Assembly: GCF_026626685.1 (NCBI RefSeq)
Contig: NZ_JAPNJX010000021.1
Span: forward strand, 41,329-105,328
Length of the DNA: 64,000 bases
From: Nannocystis sp. SCPEA4
GTDB lineage: Bacteria; Myxococcota_A; Polyangia; Nannocystales; Nannocystaceae
Direction: 5' to 3'
Position 1 is the first letter of the stretch, and each line of letters opens with the position of its first letter. The notes beneath the pieces are model-generated. The model was not told the DNA's origin. It worked only from the letters and a program-made list of their open reading frames with translations, and did no database searches. A program made the translations under genes and the position numbers. Of the stretch, positions 49,702 through 61,558 are shown in pieces.

Positions 49702-50859
49702 TCAGCCGCAGCGCTCGCAGGCCTCGCCGCGTCCGAGCGCGCCGAGGTCGGCGAGCTGGCGGCGCAGGTGCTCGGCCTCGTCACGCACGACCTGGGGCAG
49801 CCGCGCCGGGTCGAGCACCTCCAGCCACTCGCCGCGCGCCGCCGCGCCCAGCGGCGACCACTGCTCGACCGGCAGCGCCAGCAACAACAGGGCGGCCGCC
49901 TCCGCTGGCCAGGCCGGCCCCAGCGCCTCGACCCGCGCGAACACCTGCGTGTCGCGCAGCGCCGACAGCAGCGCCTCGCTGGCCTGCGCGTGCTCGGCGA
50001 GCGCCAGCGGCCGGCGCTCGAGCGCCAGCGGCAGCCGCGGGAGCACCCCCAGGACCGCGAGCAACATGGCCTTCAGGTCATGTCGTGGCGCGCCGGCGAT
50101 CGCCGCCCGCAGCCGCTCCAGCGCCGCCGTGAACGCCTCGTAGCCGCCCTCGCCGACGCACCGCGCCGTGAACAGCAGGCTCGCCGGACGCGGGCTGCGG
50201 CGCAGCGTCACCCAGCCGCGCGGGCGCCCCGTGACCGGGTCGTGCGGCTGCGTCGCGGAATAAAGCGCGGGCAGCGGGATCCAGTGCGGCGGGTACTTGA
50301 AGCGCGCCACGTCGAGCACGAGCACGTGATCGCTGGCCGGCTCGTAGCCGCCGATCGGCGAGAAGTGACCCGTGCCCGTCTGCCCGAGCGCGCCGCGGTC
50401 GTAGCTGACGACCAGCGCCGGATCGACGGCCGAACCCGTGGCCGCGCGGAGGGTCGCCCGGAAGCCGGCGAGGTCGGTCGCGTCGGGCCGGAACACCTCC
50501 GCGCTGGCGCCGTTGCAGCGCGCGAGGCAGGCGAACTCGTCGAGGCTGATGCCCTGGGCTCGGACCCGCTCGAGCGGCGTGCAGCAGTCGAGCAGATCCT
50601 CGCTGAACCACCGCCACGGGCCCTTCCACAGCCGGCCCGGATCGACGCCGAGCGCGTTGAGGGCGACCACCAGGGTCCCGAGGCCGCAGAACGCCGGATC
50701 GGCCTGCGTGTGGAACTGCTCGATGAGCGGGAAGAACGACTCCATCCCGCCCGCCGCCCGCGCCGCGTCGAACAGCGCCCGCCCGGCGGGCGACGCGAAC
50801 GCGACCAGCTGGGCCGGCAACGGACGGCGGTACAGGCTCGGCGACGGTGCGGCGGTCAT
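49702..50859 (-). CDS. Phytochelatin synthase-like (glutathione gamma-glutamylcysteinyltransferase family) protein
   Basis: FFPLIEQFHTQADPAFCGLGTLVVALNAL matches the PCS catalytic Cys region (QxxPxxCGxxSLxxVLNAL). His/Asp residues lie downstream. Confidence 0.6.
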   Translation of the reverse strand: MTAAPSPSLYRRPLPAQLVAFASPAGRALFDAARAAGGMESFFPLIEQFHTQADPAFCGLGTLVVALNALGVDPGRLWKGPWRWFSEDLLDCCTPLERVRAQGISLDEFACLARCNGASAEVFRPDATDLAGFRATLRAATGSAVDPALVVSYDRGALGQTGTGHFSPIGGYEPASDHVLVLDVARFKYPPHWIPLPALYSATQPHDPVTGRPRGWVTLRRSPRPASLLFTARCVGEGGYEAFTAALERLRAAIAGAPRHDLKAMLLAVLGVLPRLPLALERRPLALAEHAQASEALLSALRDTQVFARVEALGPAWPAEAAALLLLALPVEQWSPLGAAARGEWLEVLDPARLPQVVRDEAEHLRRQLADLGALGRGEACERCG

Positions 50860-51221
50860 GCGCGGTCATCCTGCGAGTGTGGGGACGGACGGGGAGGCAC
50901 GGACGCCATTCGCGGAGGATAGCACCGCGCCCAGCATCGCTGACGTGCGGTCCGCTGCCACGAGCGCCCCCGTCTGCGCGGGCCGGCGATCTGTCCTTTA
51001 CGCCATATCACATGTCCCTTCAGCCATACCTCCATCACCTCGCGTGGGGCCGACGGACAGGCCTGGGCCCGCCCGCTTCGCCTCGGGCCCGGCCTGAAGC
51101 ACAGGGGAAGACGCCGCCGTCCCCTCTGTCCCTTGAGCCAGATGGAGGACCCGGCGCGGATCCGCCCACATGGCCCACATCGACAAGCGCGGCCCCTTTT
51201 GCGACCCTCGATGGTGCCATC

Positions 51222-52283
51222 ATGCCGATCGTCCAGCAGCTCGTCCCCACCTCGCGCCTCCGCGTCCACACCCGCATCGCCGGCCCGGCCGGGGCGCCGC
51301 TCGTCGTGCTGGTCCACGGCAACGTGTCGACCGGCGCCTTCTTCGAGCCGCTGATGGAGTCGCTCGCCGAGCGCTTCCACGTGATCGCCCCGGACATGCG
51401 CGGCTTCGGCGACAGCGAGCCGGCGCCGATCGACGCGACCCGCGGGGTGCGCGACTTCGCCGACGACCTGCGCGCGCTGCTGGTCGCGCTCGACCTGTCC
51501 TCGCGGCCAGCCGTGTTCGTCGGCTGGTCGGCCGGCGGCGGCGTGATCATGCAGTACGCGATCGACAACGCGGCCCACATCGCCGGCCTCGTGCTCGAGA
51601 ACCCGATGTCGCCGTTCGGCTTCGGCGGCTCGAAGGGCGTGCGCGGCACCCCGTACACCGACGATTTCGCCGGCTCCGGCGGCGGCACGGCCAACCCCGA
51701 GTTCGCGCGCCTGATCCGCGCCGGCGACCGCGGCAACGACAATCAGACGTCGCCGCGAAACGTCATGAACGCGTTCTACTTCAAGCCGCCGTTCCGGGTC
51801 GAGCCGGCGCTCGAGGACGCGTTCGTGGCGGCGATGCTGAAGACGCAGATCGGCGACGACCACTACCCCGGCGACACGACGGCGTCGCCGAACTGGCCGG
51901 GGGTCGCGCCGGGCACGCGCGGCATGAACAACGCGATCTCGGCCAAGTACACCGACCTGTCGAGCTTCGCCCGCATCGAGCCGCGGCCGCCGGTGCTGTG
52001 GATCCGCGGCGCCGACGACCAGATCGTCAGCGACACCTCGCTGTTCGACTTCGGCTTCCTCGGCAAGCTCGGCGCGGTGCCGGGCTGGCCCGGCGACGAC
52101 GTCGCCCCGCCGCAGCCGATGGTCGGCCAGATGCGCGCGGTCCTCGACGACTACGCGGCCGCCGGCGGGCGCTACCACGAGGAGGTGTTCGTCGAGTGCG
52201 GACACTCCCCGCACATCGAGCAGCCCGAGCGTTTTCTTACCGCGGTGCAAAAATTCGCCGCCGAGGCCTTCCAGGCCCACTAG
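51222..52283 (+). CDS. Alpha/beta hydrolase
   Basis: HGNVSTG...GWSAGGG nucleophile elbow. Catalytic His near the C-terminus (ECGHSPHIEQP). Confidence 0.7.
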   Translation: MPIVQQLVPTSRLRVHTRIAGPAGAPLVVLVHGNVSTGAFFEPLMESLAERFHVIAPDMRGFGDSEPAPIDATRGVRDFADDLRALLVALDLSSRPAVFVGWSAGGGVIMQYAIDNAAHIAGLVLENPMSPFGFGGSKGVRGTPYTDDFAGSGGGTANPEFARLIRAGDRGNDNQTSPRNVMNAFYFKPPFRVEPALEDAFVAAMLKTQIGDDHYPGDTTASPNWPGVAPGTRGMNNAISAKYTDLSSFARIEPRPPVLWIRGADDQIVSDTSLFDFGFLGKLGAVPGWPGDDVAPPQPMVGQMRAVLDDYAAAGGRYHEEVFVECGHSPHIEQPERFLTAVQKFAAEAFQAH

Positions 52284-52326
52284 CACCGCATTTGAGCACT
52301 TCTGCGCCGGTCCGGAATGGGCTAAA

Positions 52327-53838
52327 TTGCTGCACATGCGAACACGCCGTCCCTGCGCCGCCCTCACCCTCCTCCTGGCCTGCACGCCGTCCGACGGCGG
52401 CGACACCGACGCGACGACCGCGACCACCGCGACGAACGCCACGCCAGGCACCGACTCGAGCGACCCGACGAGCACCACGGACCCGACGTCGACCGGCGAC
52501 GAGCCGCCGACCGGCACCACCGCCGGCGACCCGGCGTCGACGACCGACGCGACGGCGACGACCGACGCGCCGCCGACGAGCACGACCGACGCGACCACCG
52601 GCGACAACCTGCACGGCCTCGTGCTCGAGGACACCTTCGAGGACGGGATCGCCAACGGGTGGGTCCGCGTCGAGCGGTGGTTCGACCCCGATCCGTTCTT
52701 CATTCAGGAGGACCGCTTCGACCTCGATCAGCGGGCCCACCAGACCGGCCAGCGGCTCGAGTTCTTCGGCAACGACCCGGTGCCCCACAGCGGACGGTTC
52801 CTCCTCTACTACGCGCCCGGCTGGAACAACGGCACCAAGGCGACGGTGCTGCTGGCCCACGGCGCCAACGACCAGGCCGATCGCGCGTGGGCCAACCCGG
52901 GCGAGAGCGGCGATTTCGGCTGCGGCCAGTCGAGCTGCCCCGACATCGGCCTGATGCAGGAGCTGGCGGCCGCGGGCCACCGCGTGTTCGCCGTCTCGCA
53001 CGCGCACAGCCAGGGCGACAACGTGTTCTGGGCGCTGCAGATCGCGTGGGCGATCGACATCATCCGCGAGCGCACCGGCGCCGACAAGGTCGACGTGATC
53101 GGGTGGAGCAAGGGCGTGATGTCGACGCGCATGTACGCGTCGGGGCTCACCGGCGGCAAGCTCGAGTACCGCGACGACATCGGCAAGCTGATCCTGATCG
53201 GCGGGCCGAACCTCGGCTTCGACTACATCTTCCGCTACGGCACCGCCCACAACGCCGGCGTCTACGCCGACTTCGGCGGCAAGATCCACGCGCCCGGGCC
53301 GCACGACGAGCTGCTGATCTTCGGCCTGTGGGAGGACCGCTCGGAGTACGGCATCTTCAAGTCGGCCGCCGGCGACAACTACCGCGGCCAGCTGCAGATG
53401 CTCGCGGCGTGGGACGACGTCTATCCGCTGACCGGCACCGCCAACAACGGCATCACGACGTGGCCGGTCGGCGACAGCGAGTCGACCTACTACGGCGAGG
53501 GCCAGTACAAGGGCGTGTACGGCCGCGGCAAGGGCATCGACTACGCGATCGAGCAGGGCTCGGTGATCGCCGACATGGTCGACGCCGGGATCCCGGCCTC
53601 CGTCTCGACCTACCTGCTGTGCGGCGACATCGACCTCAACGACAACACCGTGCTGATCCCCGGGATCCCCAACGAGATCGCCGGGCCGAGCGACGGCGTG
53701 GTGTTCGTCGACAGCTGCGCCGCGCCTGACGGCATCGGCACGCTCACCGACACGGCTGTCCTTCCGGACATCAACCACCTCAAGCTGGGCTGGCACCCCA
53801 CGGCCGCCGCCCAGATCTCGACGTGGCTGGCGCAGTGA
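52327..53838 (+). CDS. Secreted lipoprotein, lipase/esterase-like alpha/beta hydrolase with Thr-rich linker
   Basis: Lipobox LLLACTP. T-rich linker. GWSKG (GxSxG). LLAHGAND. Confidence 0.6.
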   Translation: MLHMRTRRPCAALTLLLACTPSDGGDTDATTATTATNATPGTDSSDPTSTTDPTSTGDEPPTGTTAGDPASTTDATATTDAPPTSTTDATTGDNLHGLVLEDTFEDGIANGWVRVERWFDPDPFFIQEDRFDLDQRAHQTGQRLEFFGNDPVPHSGRFLLYYAPGWNNGTKATVLLAHGANDQADRAWANPGESGDFGCGQSSCPDIGLMQELAAAGHRVFAVSHAHSQGDNVFWALQIAWAIDIIRERTGADKVDVIGWSKGVMSTRMYASGLTGGKLEYRDDIGKLILIGGPNLGFDYIFRYGTAHNAGVYADFGGKIHAPGPHDELLIFGLWEDRSEYGIFKSAAGDNYRGQLQMLAAWDDVYPLTGTANNGITTWPVGDSESTYYGEGQYKGVYGRGKGIDYAIEQGSVIADMVDAGIPASVSTYLLCGDIDLNDNTVLIPGIPNEIAGPSDGVVFVDSCAAPDGIGTLTDTAVLPDINHLKLGWHPTAAAQISTWLAQ

Positions 53839-53841
53839 GGC

Positions 53842-54936
53842 TCAGGCCGAGGGCAACGGCTCGCTGTGCTCGCCGAGCCAGCCCGCGACCTTCGGCCAGA
53901 TGACCTTGGGGCCCTTGCTCGAGGTCGACAGGCCGATGTGCCCGACCGGGAAGCGCAGCAGCGTCTTGTCGGTGCTGGCGACCGCGCCGAGCAGCGCCTC
54001 GGACGAGGCCGGCGGGGCGATGGTGTCGTTGTCGGCGACCAGCACGAGCAGCGGGCAACCGATCGCGCCGAGCTCGACGCGGCGGCGGCCGACGACCATT
54101 CGGCCCTCGAAGAAGTTGTTCTCCTGGTAGCAGTCCTTGATGTACTGCCGGTACACCTCGCCGGGGAACGGCACGTTGTCGGCCGCCCAGTGCTCCATCG
54201 CCAGGAAGTTGGTGACGAACTCGCGGTCTTCGAGGCGGCGGAACACCTCGAACCACTTCGAGATCCGCTGCACCGGCGCCATCATCGAGAAGCCGGCCTC
54301 CATGAGGTCGATGGGCACGTTGCCGTAGGCGTCGACCATGGCGTCGACGTCGAAGAACTCGGGGTCGGTCCAGGTGGTGAAGATGCCGCCGTGCTTGAAG
54401 TCGACCGGCGTGGCCTGGGCGACGAAGTTGCGCACGCCCTGCGGGTACAGGGCCGCGGCCGCGAGCGCCATGGTGCCGCCCATGCAGTAGCCGTACATCG
54501 TCAGGTCGTCGGCGCCGGAGATCTTGCAGACCCACCGCTTGGCCGCCTCGACGAACCCGCCGAGCAGGTCGTCCCACGTCAGATCCTGCTCGACCGGCCC
54601 CGGCGTGCCCCAGTCGATCGCGTACACGTCGAAGCCCTGGTTCGTCATGAACTCGATCAGGCTGCGACCCGGCAGGAAGTCGAGGATGTAGTAGCGGTTG
54701 ATCAGCGAGTAGACGAACAGGATCGGCGTGCGGAAGCGGCGGACCGCCGGCTCGAAGCGGATCAGCTTCATGCCGCCGCGCGCGTACACCACCCGCTTCG
54801 GCGTCGCGTTGACCGGCGGATCGCCGACGCCGGCGGCCCGCTTGACCAGCGGCGCCAGGTAGCGCGTCGGTCTGACCGCGCGGTCGCGGAGCGCCCGCTG
54901 CCACGCGCTCGAGATCGCGGCTGTCCCCTGGGCCAT
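53842..54936 (-). CDS. phaC: Poly(R)-hydroxyalkanoate synthase PhaC (class III/IV type)
   Basis: Lipase box GYCMGG. ~360 aa like class III/IV PhaC. An alternative GTG start at 54998 overlaps the upstream ORF stop (GTGA). Confidence 0.8.
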   Translation of the reverse strand: MAQGTAAISSAWQRALRDRAVRPTRYLAPLVKRAAGVGDPPVNATPKRVVYARGGMKLIRFEPAVRRFRTPILFVYSLINRYYILDFLPGRSLIEFMTNQGFDVYAIDWGTPGPVEQDLTWDDLLGGFVEAAKRWVCKISGADDLTMYGYCMGGTMALAAAALYPQGVRNFVAQATPVDFKHGGIFTTWTDPEFFDVDAMVDAYGNVPIDLMEAGFSMMAPVQRISKWFEVFRRLEDREFVTNFLAMEHWAADNVPFPGEVYRQYIKDCYQENNFFEGRMVVGRRRVELGAIGCPLLVLVADNDTIAPPASSEALLGAVASTDKTLLRFPVGHIGLSTSSKGPKVIWPKVAGWLGEHSEPLPSA

Positions 54937-54995
54937 GTCGGCCAGGCGCTGCGCCGCGCCCTTGACCCGCGCGAACGGCCCGCCGTCGCTCGCGC

Positions 54996-55394
54996 TCACG
55001 CGGCCCCCCGGAGCGAGCGCGCCAGCTCGGTCTGCACCTTCTCGAGCAGCTCGAGCGCGAGCTCCAGCTGCGTGGTGGTGATCTCGAGCCGGTCCTCGGC
55101 GCGGCGCAGCTGCGCGCGCACCTCGTCGAGGTCGCCGAGGGTGGGCACGCGCCAGAAGTGCAGGACCTCCTCGGTGAGGTCGACCAGGTCGCGGTGGAGG
55201 TGGAACATCCGCTTGAGCCCGCGGCCGGCGAACCGCAGGTAGCGCGGGCTGGTGGCCAGACGCGTCATGACGCCGGTCGAGGCGCCCTCGAAGCGCATCC
55301 ACAGCTTGCCGGGCCCGCTCCTGGGGTCGGTGAGGTAGCCGACGAGCCGGAGGATCCGCGCGGTGACGTTTTGCGGTGCTGTCTCTTTGGACAT
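54996..55394 (-). CDS. Short coiled-coil PHA synthase partner (PhaE/PhaR-subunit-like)
   Basis: 132 aa, C-terminal coiled coil LDEVRAQLRRAEDRLEITTTQLELALELLEKVQTEL. Sits immediately upstream of phaC and is translationally coupled to it. Confidence 0.45.
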   Translation of the reverse strand: MSKETAPQNVTARILRLVGYLTDPRSGPGKLWMRFEGASTGVMTRLATSPRYLRFAGRGLKRMFHLHRDLVDLTEEVLHFWRVPTLGDLDEVRAQLRRAEDRLEITTTQLELALELLEKVQTELARSLRGAA

Positions 55395-55406
55395 GTCGAA
55401 AAAGTC

Positions 55407-56930
<1,524 letters not shown>

Positions 56931-57066
56931 CGTGGATCCTCCGTCGACGAGGCTACCCGAAGGCCGGGCCGTGCTGCACGTGCGAAAAGGCGGCCTCGGG
57001 CCTGGTGGGCGCGTGTACGGCTGTCCGGGGCAGAATCGGGCCGCGAATTGTGCAGCGCACAAAAGC

Positions 57067-57621
57067 TCACGAGGCGGGCCGCCTGCCCTTGCGGGCGGGC
57101 CGGCTGTCCTCGACGGTGCGACGCAGCTCGGCGAGCTCGCGGCGCAGCGCGGCGAGCTCGTCGGTCATGTCGGGGCTGTCCGCGGGCGGCTCGTCGGGGA
57201 ACGGCGGGGGCGCAGGCTCACCGGCCGCGGGTGGGTTGCCGCCGAACCAGCGCTTGAGGATCCCCGGCATCGCCAGGTCGGCGAGCGGATTCCACGGGAC
57301 CACCGCCCGCGCGTTGCCCTTGAGCTGCAGGTACACCTCGAGGGCCCAGGCGACGTAGCGGCCGAAGAATTCGGCGAGCGCGTCGTCCCGCATGCGCACC
57401 AGCTGCTTGAGCAGGGACACCGGCAACAGCCGCGCGGCCCCGCGGCTCTCGAGGATGATCTGCGCGAGCGTGACCTGGGTGAGGTCCTGCCCGCTCTTGG
57501 CGTCCACGACCTTGAGGTCCTCGCCCATGCGGACGCGCTCTGCGATCTCCTCGAGGGTGACGTAGCGGCTGCCCTCGGTGTCGTAGAGCCGACGATTGCC
57601 GTACTTCTTGACCTGCAACAT
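57067..57621 (-). CDS. phaR: PHA synthesis repressor PhaR
   Basis: N-terminal PHB_acc_N signature LQVKKYGNRRLYDTEGSRYVTLEEI. Confidence 0.75.
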   Translation of the reverse strand: MLQVKKYGNRRLYDTEGSRYVTLEEIAERVRMGEDLKVVDAKSGQDLTQVTLAQIILESRGAARLLPVSLLKQLVRMRDDALAEFFGRYVAWALEVYLQLKGNARAVVPWNPLADLAMPGILKRWFGGNPPAAGEPAPPPFPDEPPADSPDMTDELAALRRELAELRRTVEDSRPARKGRRPAS

Positions 57622-57784
57622 CGCCGCGACACGGTAGCCGAGGTCGTGCTGCGCGTGCGAGGAGTGATTCCGCACATCGCGTCGTTTCGCCGGCCGTCAC
57701 GGGCAGGCTCGACCATCGTGGGGCCCCGCACGCGGGCGGATGCGCGGCGGTCGACAGCCGCGCAACGTGGCGAACACTCGGAGC

Positions 57785-59464
57785 ATGCGGGGTGTGGGGT
57801 CGGTGGTGGGGTTGGCGATCGTCACCGCGTGTTGCAGCTGCACGCCGCGGCCGCTCGACGGCGACGAGCACGGCGACACGAGCGTCGCGCCGCCGGCGAA
57901 CGAGCACGACGGCACGAGCGGCGCGCCGACCTCCGGCGAGCACGACGAGCCCGACGACACGAACGGCGCGACGACCTCCGGCGAGCCGTCGCCCGCGACG
58001 ACCGTAGCACCGCCCGACTCGAGCGAGACGGGCCTGCCCGACGACGGCTCCACGGGCGACGCCGAGCCGGGCGACCTGGCGAACACGGTGTGCGGCGAGT
58101 TCGTGATCGAGGATCCGGGCCTGGCGGCGAGCATCCTCCATCACCTCGACCTCGGCGGCGGCCCGATCTCCGCCGAACAGGCCGCGTCGCTGCTCGGACT
58201 GACGTACCACTCGTACTACGGCCCGTTGCAGACGCTGGCCGGGATCGAGTGCCTCACGCAGCTGCAGCTGCTTTCGTTCCGGGGCGCGGCGGAGGATCCA
58301 CAGCTCGATCTCGGCCCGGTCGCGGCCCTGCAGCAGCTCACCACGCTCTCCGTGTCCGACACGCCGTTGAGCGACCTGGCCCCGCTCGCAGGCTTGCCCG
58401 AGCTCGGCGCGATCTATTTGTACGGGGGACAGGTCAGCGACTTGAGCCCGCTGGCGCAGCTGCCCAAGCTCGAGCGGCTGCTCGTGAGCGACCACCCGAT
58501 CGCGTCGTTCGAGCCGCTGGTGGGTTCGCCGCTGCGTCACCTGGAGGCGCACACGATACCTCTGGCGGCCTTCGCCAGCGTGGGCCAGCTCGTGCAGCTG
58601 GAGCACCTCGACATGCGGGCGAGCGGGCTCACCGACATCTCGCCGCTCGCACCGTTGACCGGGCTCGTCTTCCTCGCGCTGTCCGACAACCAGATCTCCG
58701 ACGTCGGGCCGCTCGCGGGTATGAGCGCGTTGCAGCACCTGGACCTGGACCGCAACGCGATCGTCGATGTGGGGCCGTTGAGCGGCCTGAACGCGCTGCA
58801 GACCCTGGGCGTGGTCGACAACGCCATCGTCGACCTCGAGCCGCTGGCGGGCCTGGGCCAGCTGACGGACCTGTACGCCGCGGGCAACGAGATTGTCGAC
58901 CTCGAACCACTGGCGGGGCTGAGCGCGCTCGCACGGCTCTCGGCCGACGGCAACGCGATCGTCGACCTCCAGCCGCTCGCCGGGCACCCGGCGCTCGCTT
59001 CCCTCACCGTGGGGAGCAACGCGATCGTCGACGCGAGCCCGCTGGGCACGGCGCTGAAGCTCGAGTACCTCGACCTCTCCCACAACCCCCTGCAGCAGGG
59101 CCTCGACGTATTGACGGCGCATCCGGCTCTGACGTGCGTGTTCCTGAACGGGGTTGGGCTGACCGAGCTGCCGGTCCTCACGCCGCACCTGGTGGAGACG
59201 CTGGAACTGGAGAGCAACGCGATCGCCGACCTCGCGCCGCTCCAGGCCTACCAGTCGCTGACCACCGTCAGCCTCGTCGACAACGCGATCACGAGCATCG
59301 CGCCGCTGCTCGGCGCGCCGTGGCTCGCCCCCGAGGCCTGGATCGACCTCGATCTCAACCCGCTCAGCGCCGAGACGCTGGCGCACGACCTCCCGGCGCT
59401 GTGCGCCGAGATCTCGGTCAGGTGGAGCGCGGACGCCACATGCGGCGATCACGACTCGATCTAG
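57785..59464 (+). CDS. Leucine-rich repeat (internalin-like) lipoprotein
   Basis: Lipobox AIVTACCSC. Acidic linker. About 15 consecutive 22-aa LRRs (L..L.L..N.I.D..PLAGL). Confidence 0.7.
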   Translation: MRGVGSVVGLAIVTACCSCTPRPLDGDEHGDTSVAPPANEHDGTSGAPTSGEHDEPDDTNGATTSGEPSPATTVAPPDSSETGLPDDGSTGDAEPGDLANTVCGEFVIEDPGLAASILHHLDLGGGPISAEQAASLLGLTYHSYYGPLQTLAGIECLTQLQLLSFRGAAEDPQLDLGPVAALQQLTTLSVSDTPLSDLAPLAGLPELGAIYLYGGQVSDLSPLAQLPKLERLLVSDHPIASFEPLVGSPLRHLEAHTIPLAAFASVGQLVQLEHLDMRASGLTDISPLAPLTGLVFLALSDNQISDVGPLAGMSALQHLDLDRNAIVDVGPLSGLNALQTLGVVDNAIVDLEPLAGLGQLTDLYAAGNEIVDLEPLAGLSALARLSADGNAIVDLQPLAGHPALASLTVGSNAIVDASPLGTALKLEYLDLSHNPLQQGLDVLTAHPALTCVFLNGVGLTELPVLTPHLVETLELESNAIADLAPLQAYQSLTTVSLVDNAITSIAPLLGAPWLAPEAWIDLDLNPLSAETLAHDLPALCAEISVRWSADATCGDHDSI

Positions 59465-59596
59465 CCGGCGTATCGGACGAATGCGGCCGTGTTCTGCCCG
59501 AAGAGACATGGTGTCGGCCGGCGGGGGCTCTCCAGCCACCTGCCCTCAGGGACAGGTCGCATGAACCCGGCGAGCGGCGACGCTCACCGCATGCCC

Positions 59597-60562
59597 TCAA
59601 GGACATGTCGCAGGAGCCAGCTTGCAGTCGACGAACCAGGCGGCGACGTCGCGGCACTGCGGGTCCGAGCCGTCCTGGACGCAGGCGGTGAAGGCGGCGC
59701 GGTCGCGGAGGGAGCACAGGCGCGGCAGCTCCCACTTGCGGTCGCGGCAGCTGTGGTCGCGCGGGTCGCAGGTGCTGCGCATCCAGGTCGCGGTACCGTC
59801 GCCGCGGAGGAACACGCGGTCGTCGACGTTGCGATCGTCGGTGAGCGTGCTGACGCGCAGGCTGGCGGCGGCCGCGGCGGCGAGGGCCTGGTAGAGGCAG
59901 GCGTCGCCGTCGCCCGGGCTGTCGACGCAGGGGCGCGGCGAGGCGCAGGCGTCGAGCAGCGCCAGCGCGACGTCCCCCGGGCACCGCCCGGCCGCGCACA
60001 CGCATGCGCACTCGGGCGGGTCGTCGGTCCCGAGTCCGCACTCGGTCCAGCCTGCAGGGTGCTCGGGCCCGGGGAAATCGCTGGCCTTGCGGCCCACGCG
60101 GCGCACGTGGACCACGTCGCCGATCTTCTTGTAGAAGGCGCTGTCGTAGTCCCCGTCGCCTGTCGACGCGCTCGCGGTGGCGCACACGCCCGCCGACTCG
60201 AGGGCGCAGGTGGCCCGGTCGGCGATGCGCTCGGTGGCGAACCAGATGCAACCGGCGGCGTCGCAGTCGGCCTCGGCGGCGTGCGATTCGCACGGCTCGA
60301 CGGGCGTGGTAGCGACCTCGGGCGCGACCTCGCCGGTCGCGGTCGTCGTCGCGGTCCCCATCGCGATGGTGGTCGCGTCGCCGGTCGAGGTCCCGGGCGC
60401 GCCGGTGGTGGCACCCTCGCTGGCCTGCGACGGAGCGGCGCCGTCCGAGTCGGTGCCGCGCGACGACGCGTCGGACCGGCCGGGGCTACACCCGGTCGTC
60501 ACCAGCCACGAGAGGAAGCAGGCGGCGCCAGCCGGGCGCGCGCCAAAACCAAACCGCACGAT
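59597..60562 (-). CDS. Cys-rich secreted lipoprotein
   Basis: GTG start. Lipobox LVTTGC. Thr/Gly linker. About 20 Cys in the C-domain. Confidence 0.45.
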   Translation of the reverse strand: MVRFGFGARPAGAACFLSWLVTTGCSPGRSDASSRGTDSDGAAPSQASEGATTGAPGTSTGDATTIAMGTATTTATGEVAPEVATTPVEPCESHAAEADCDAAGCIWFATERIADRATCALESAGVCATASASTGDGDYDSAFYKKIGDVVHVRRVGRKASDFPGPEHPAGWTECGLGTDDPPECACVCAAGRCPGDVALALLDACASPRPCVDSPGDGDACLYQALAAAAAASLRVSTLTDDRNVDDRVFLRGDGTATWMRSTCDPRDHSCRDRKWELPRLCSLRDRAAFTACVQDGSDPQCRDVAAWFVDCKLAPATCP

Positions 60563-61171
60563 CCCAAGATGCCAGAGCGGCGCTCCGCGATCAAGAATCC
60601 ATCGCGCTGGCGGGTGCGGCGCGAGTGATGCGTGCCGCGACCTGTCGCCGGCCATGTGGGCCCGCGTCGCCGGTGTAAGAAGGCCCTGTTCGCCGGCAAC
60701 GATGACGCTTCATCGCCGGACTGTGCTTCCACCTCGTGGGCCTGGCCGGCGAGCAAGACGCTTCGCAGCTCGCGGTGCCTGCCCGGCGCGAACCACTTTG
60801 CTGACGACGGCCGCGGTGCCGAGCCGGCGGGCACCGCTCAGCGAAGTGCGGTGCACGAATCGCGGCGAAATGCCTCCATGATCGGCGTGTCGTGGTAAGG
60901 GCCGAGGTAACAAGGACAGCTGTCCGCGACGCCTCGCCGCGCGACGGACCGGAGCGCCGCAATGTGAGGGCGACCGGAAGTGATGACGGTGCAACGTCGC
61001 CGCAAGCATCGGCACCGCGCCGGCCCTCCGGGCGGACCCGCCCTGTCGCATCTTGCGACACAGCACCCCGCGGCAACCGGCACCGAGCGGAGCAGCCTCC
61101 GCCTGGCAGTCCGCGTCGGCGAGGCATCGCCGCGCGACCGACAGCCGGCACTCCGACCGCCCGCATCGCGC

Positions 61172-61466
61172 GGCACATCGTCGCCTCACGATCGAGCGCC
61201 GGCTACGACGTCCAGAGGTCCGTCCGAGGATGGCCGGCCCCGGCCGTCCCTCGGGCGGAATGCACCTGCGCGAAGAGACAGCCTGCAACGGAGCCCGCGA
61301 CCGGCGCTCGGGCCACCCACGAGTGGGCCGTGCCAGCGGTCGGGGATGCGGTCCTCCGACCATCCGCAGCGAGATGGGCCCGACGAAGGAGGGTCCATCC
61401 GCGAGGACTGGGCGGAGGACCGCATCCCCGACCGCTCGCGAGGCACATTCGGCAGTTCGCGAAGCA
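61172..61466 (+). repeat. Copy C of the ~297 bp structured interspersed element
   Basis: Aligns along its full length with 1569-1865. Confidence 0.8.
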
Positions 61467-61558
61467 GAACTCGGCGCTCCTCGCACATTCTTCAGGACAT
61501 GCCCGAAGCAGCATGTCCCATCAGACATGCCCAAAGCCGCATGCTCTCAGGACCAGCC

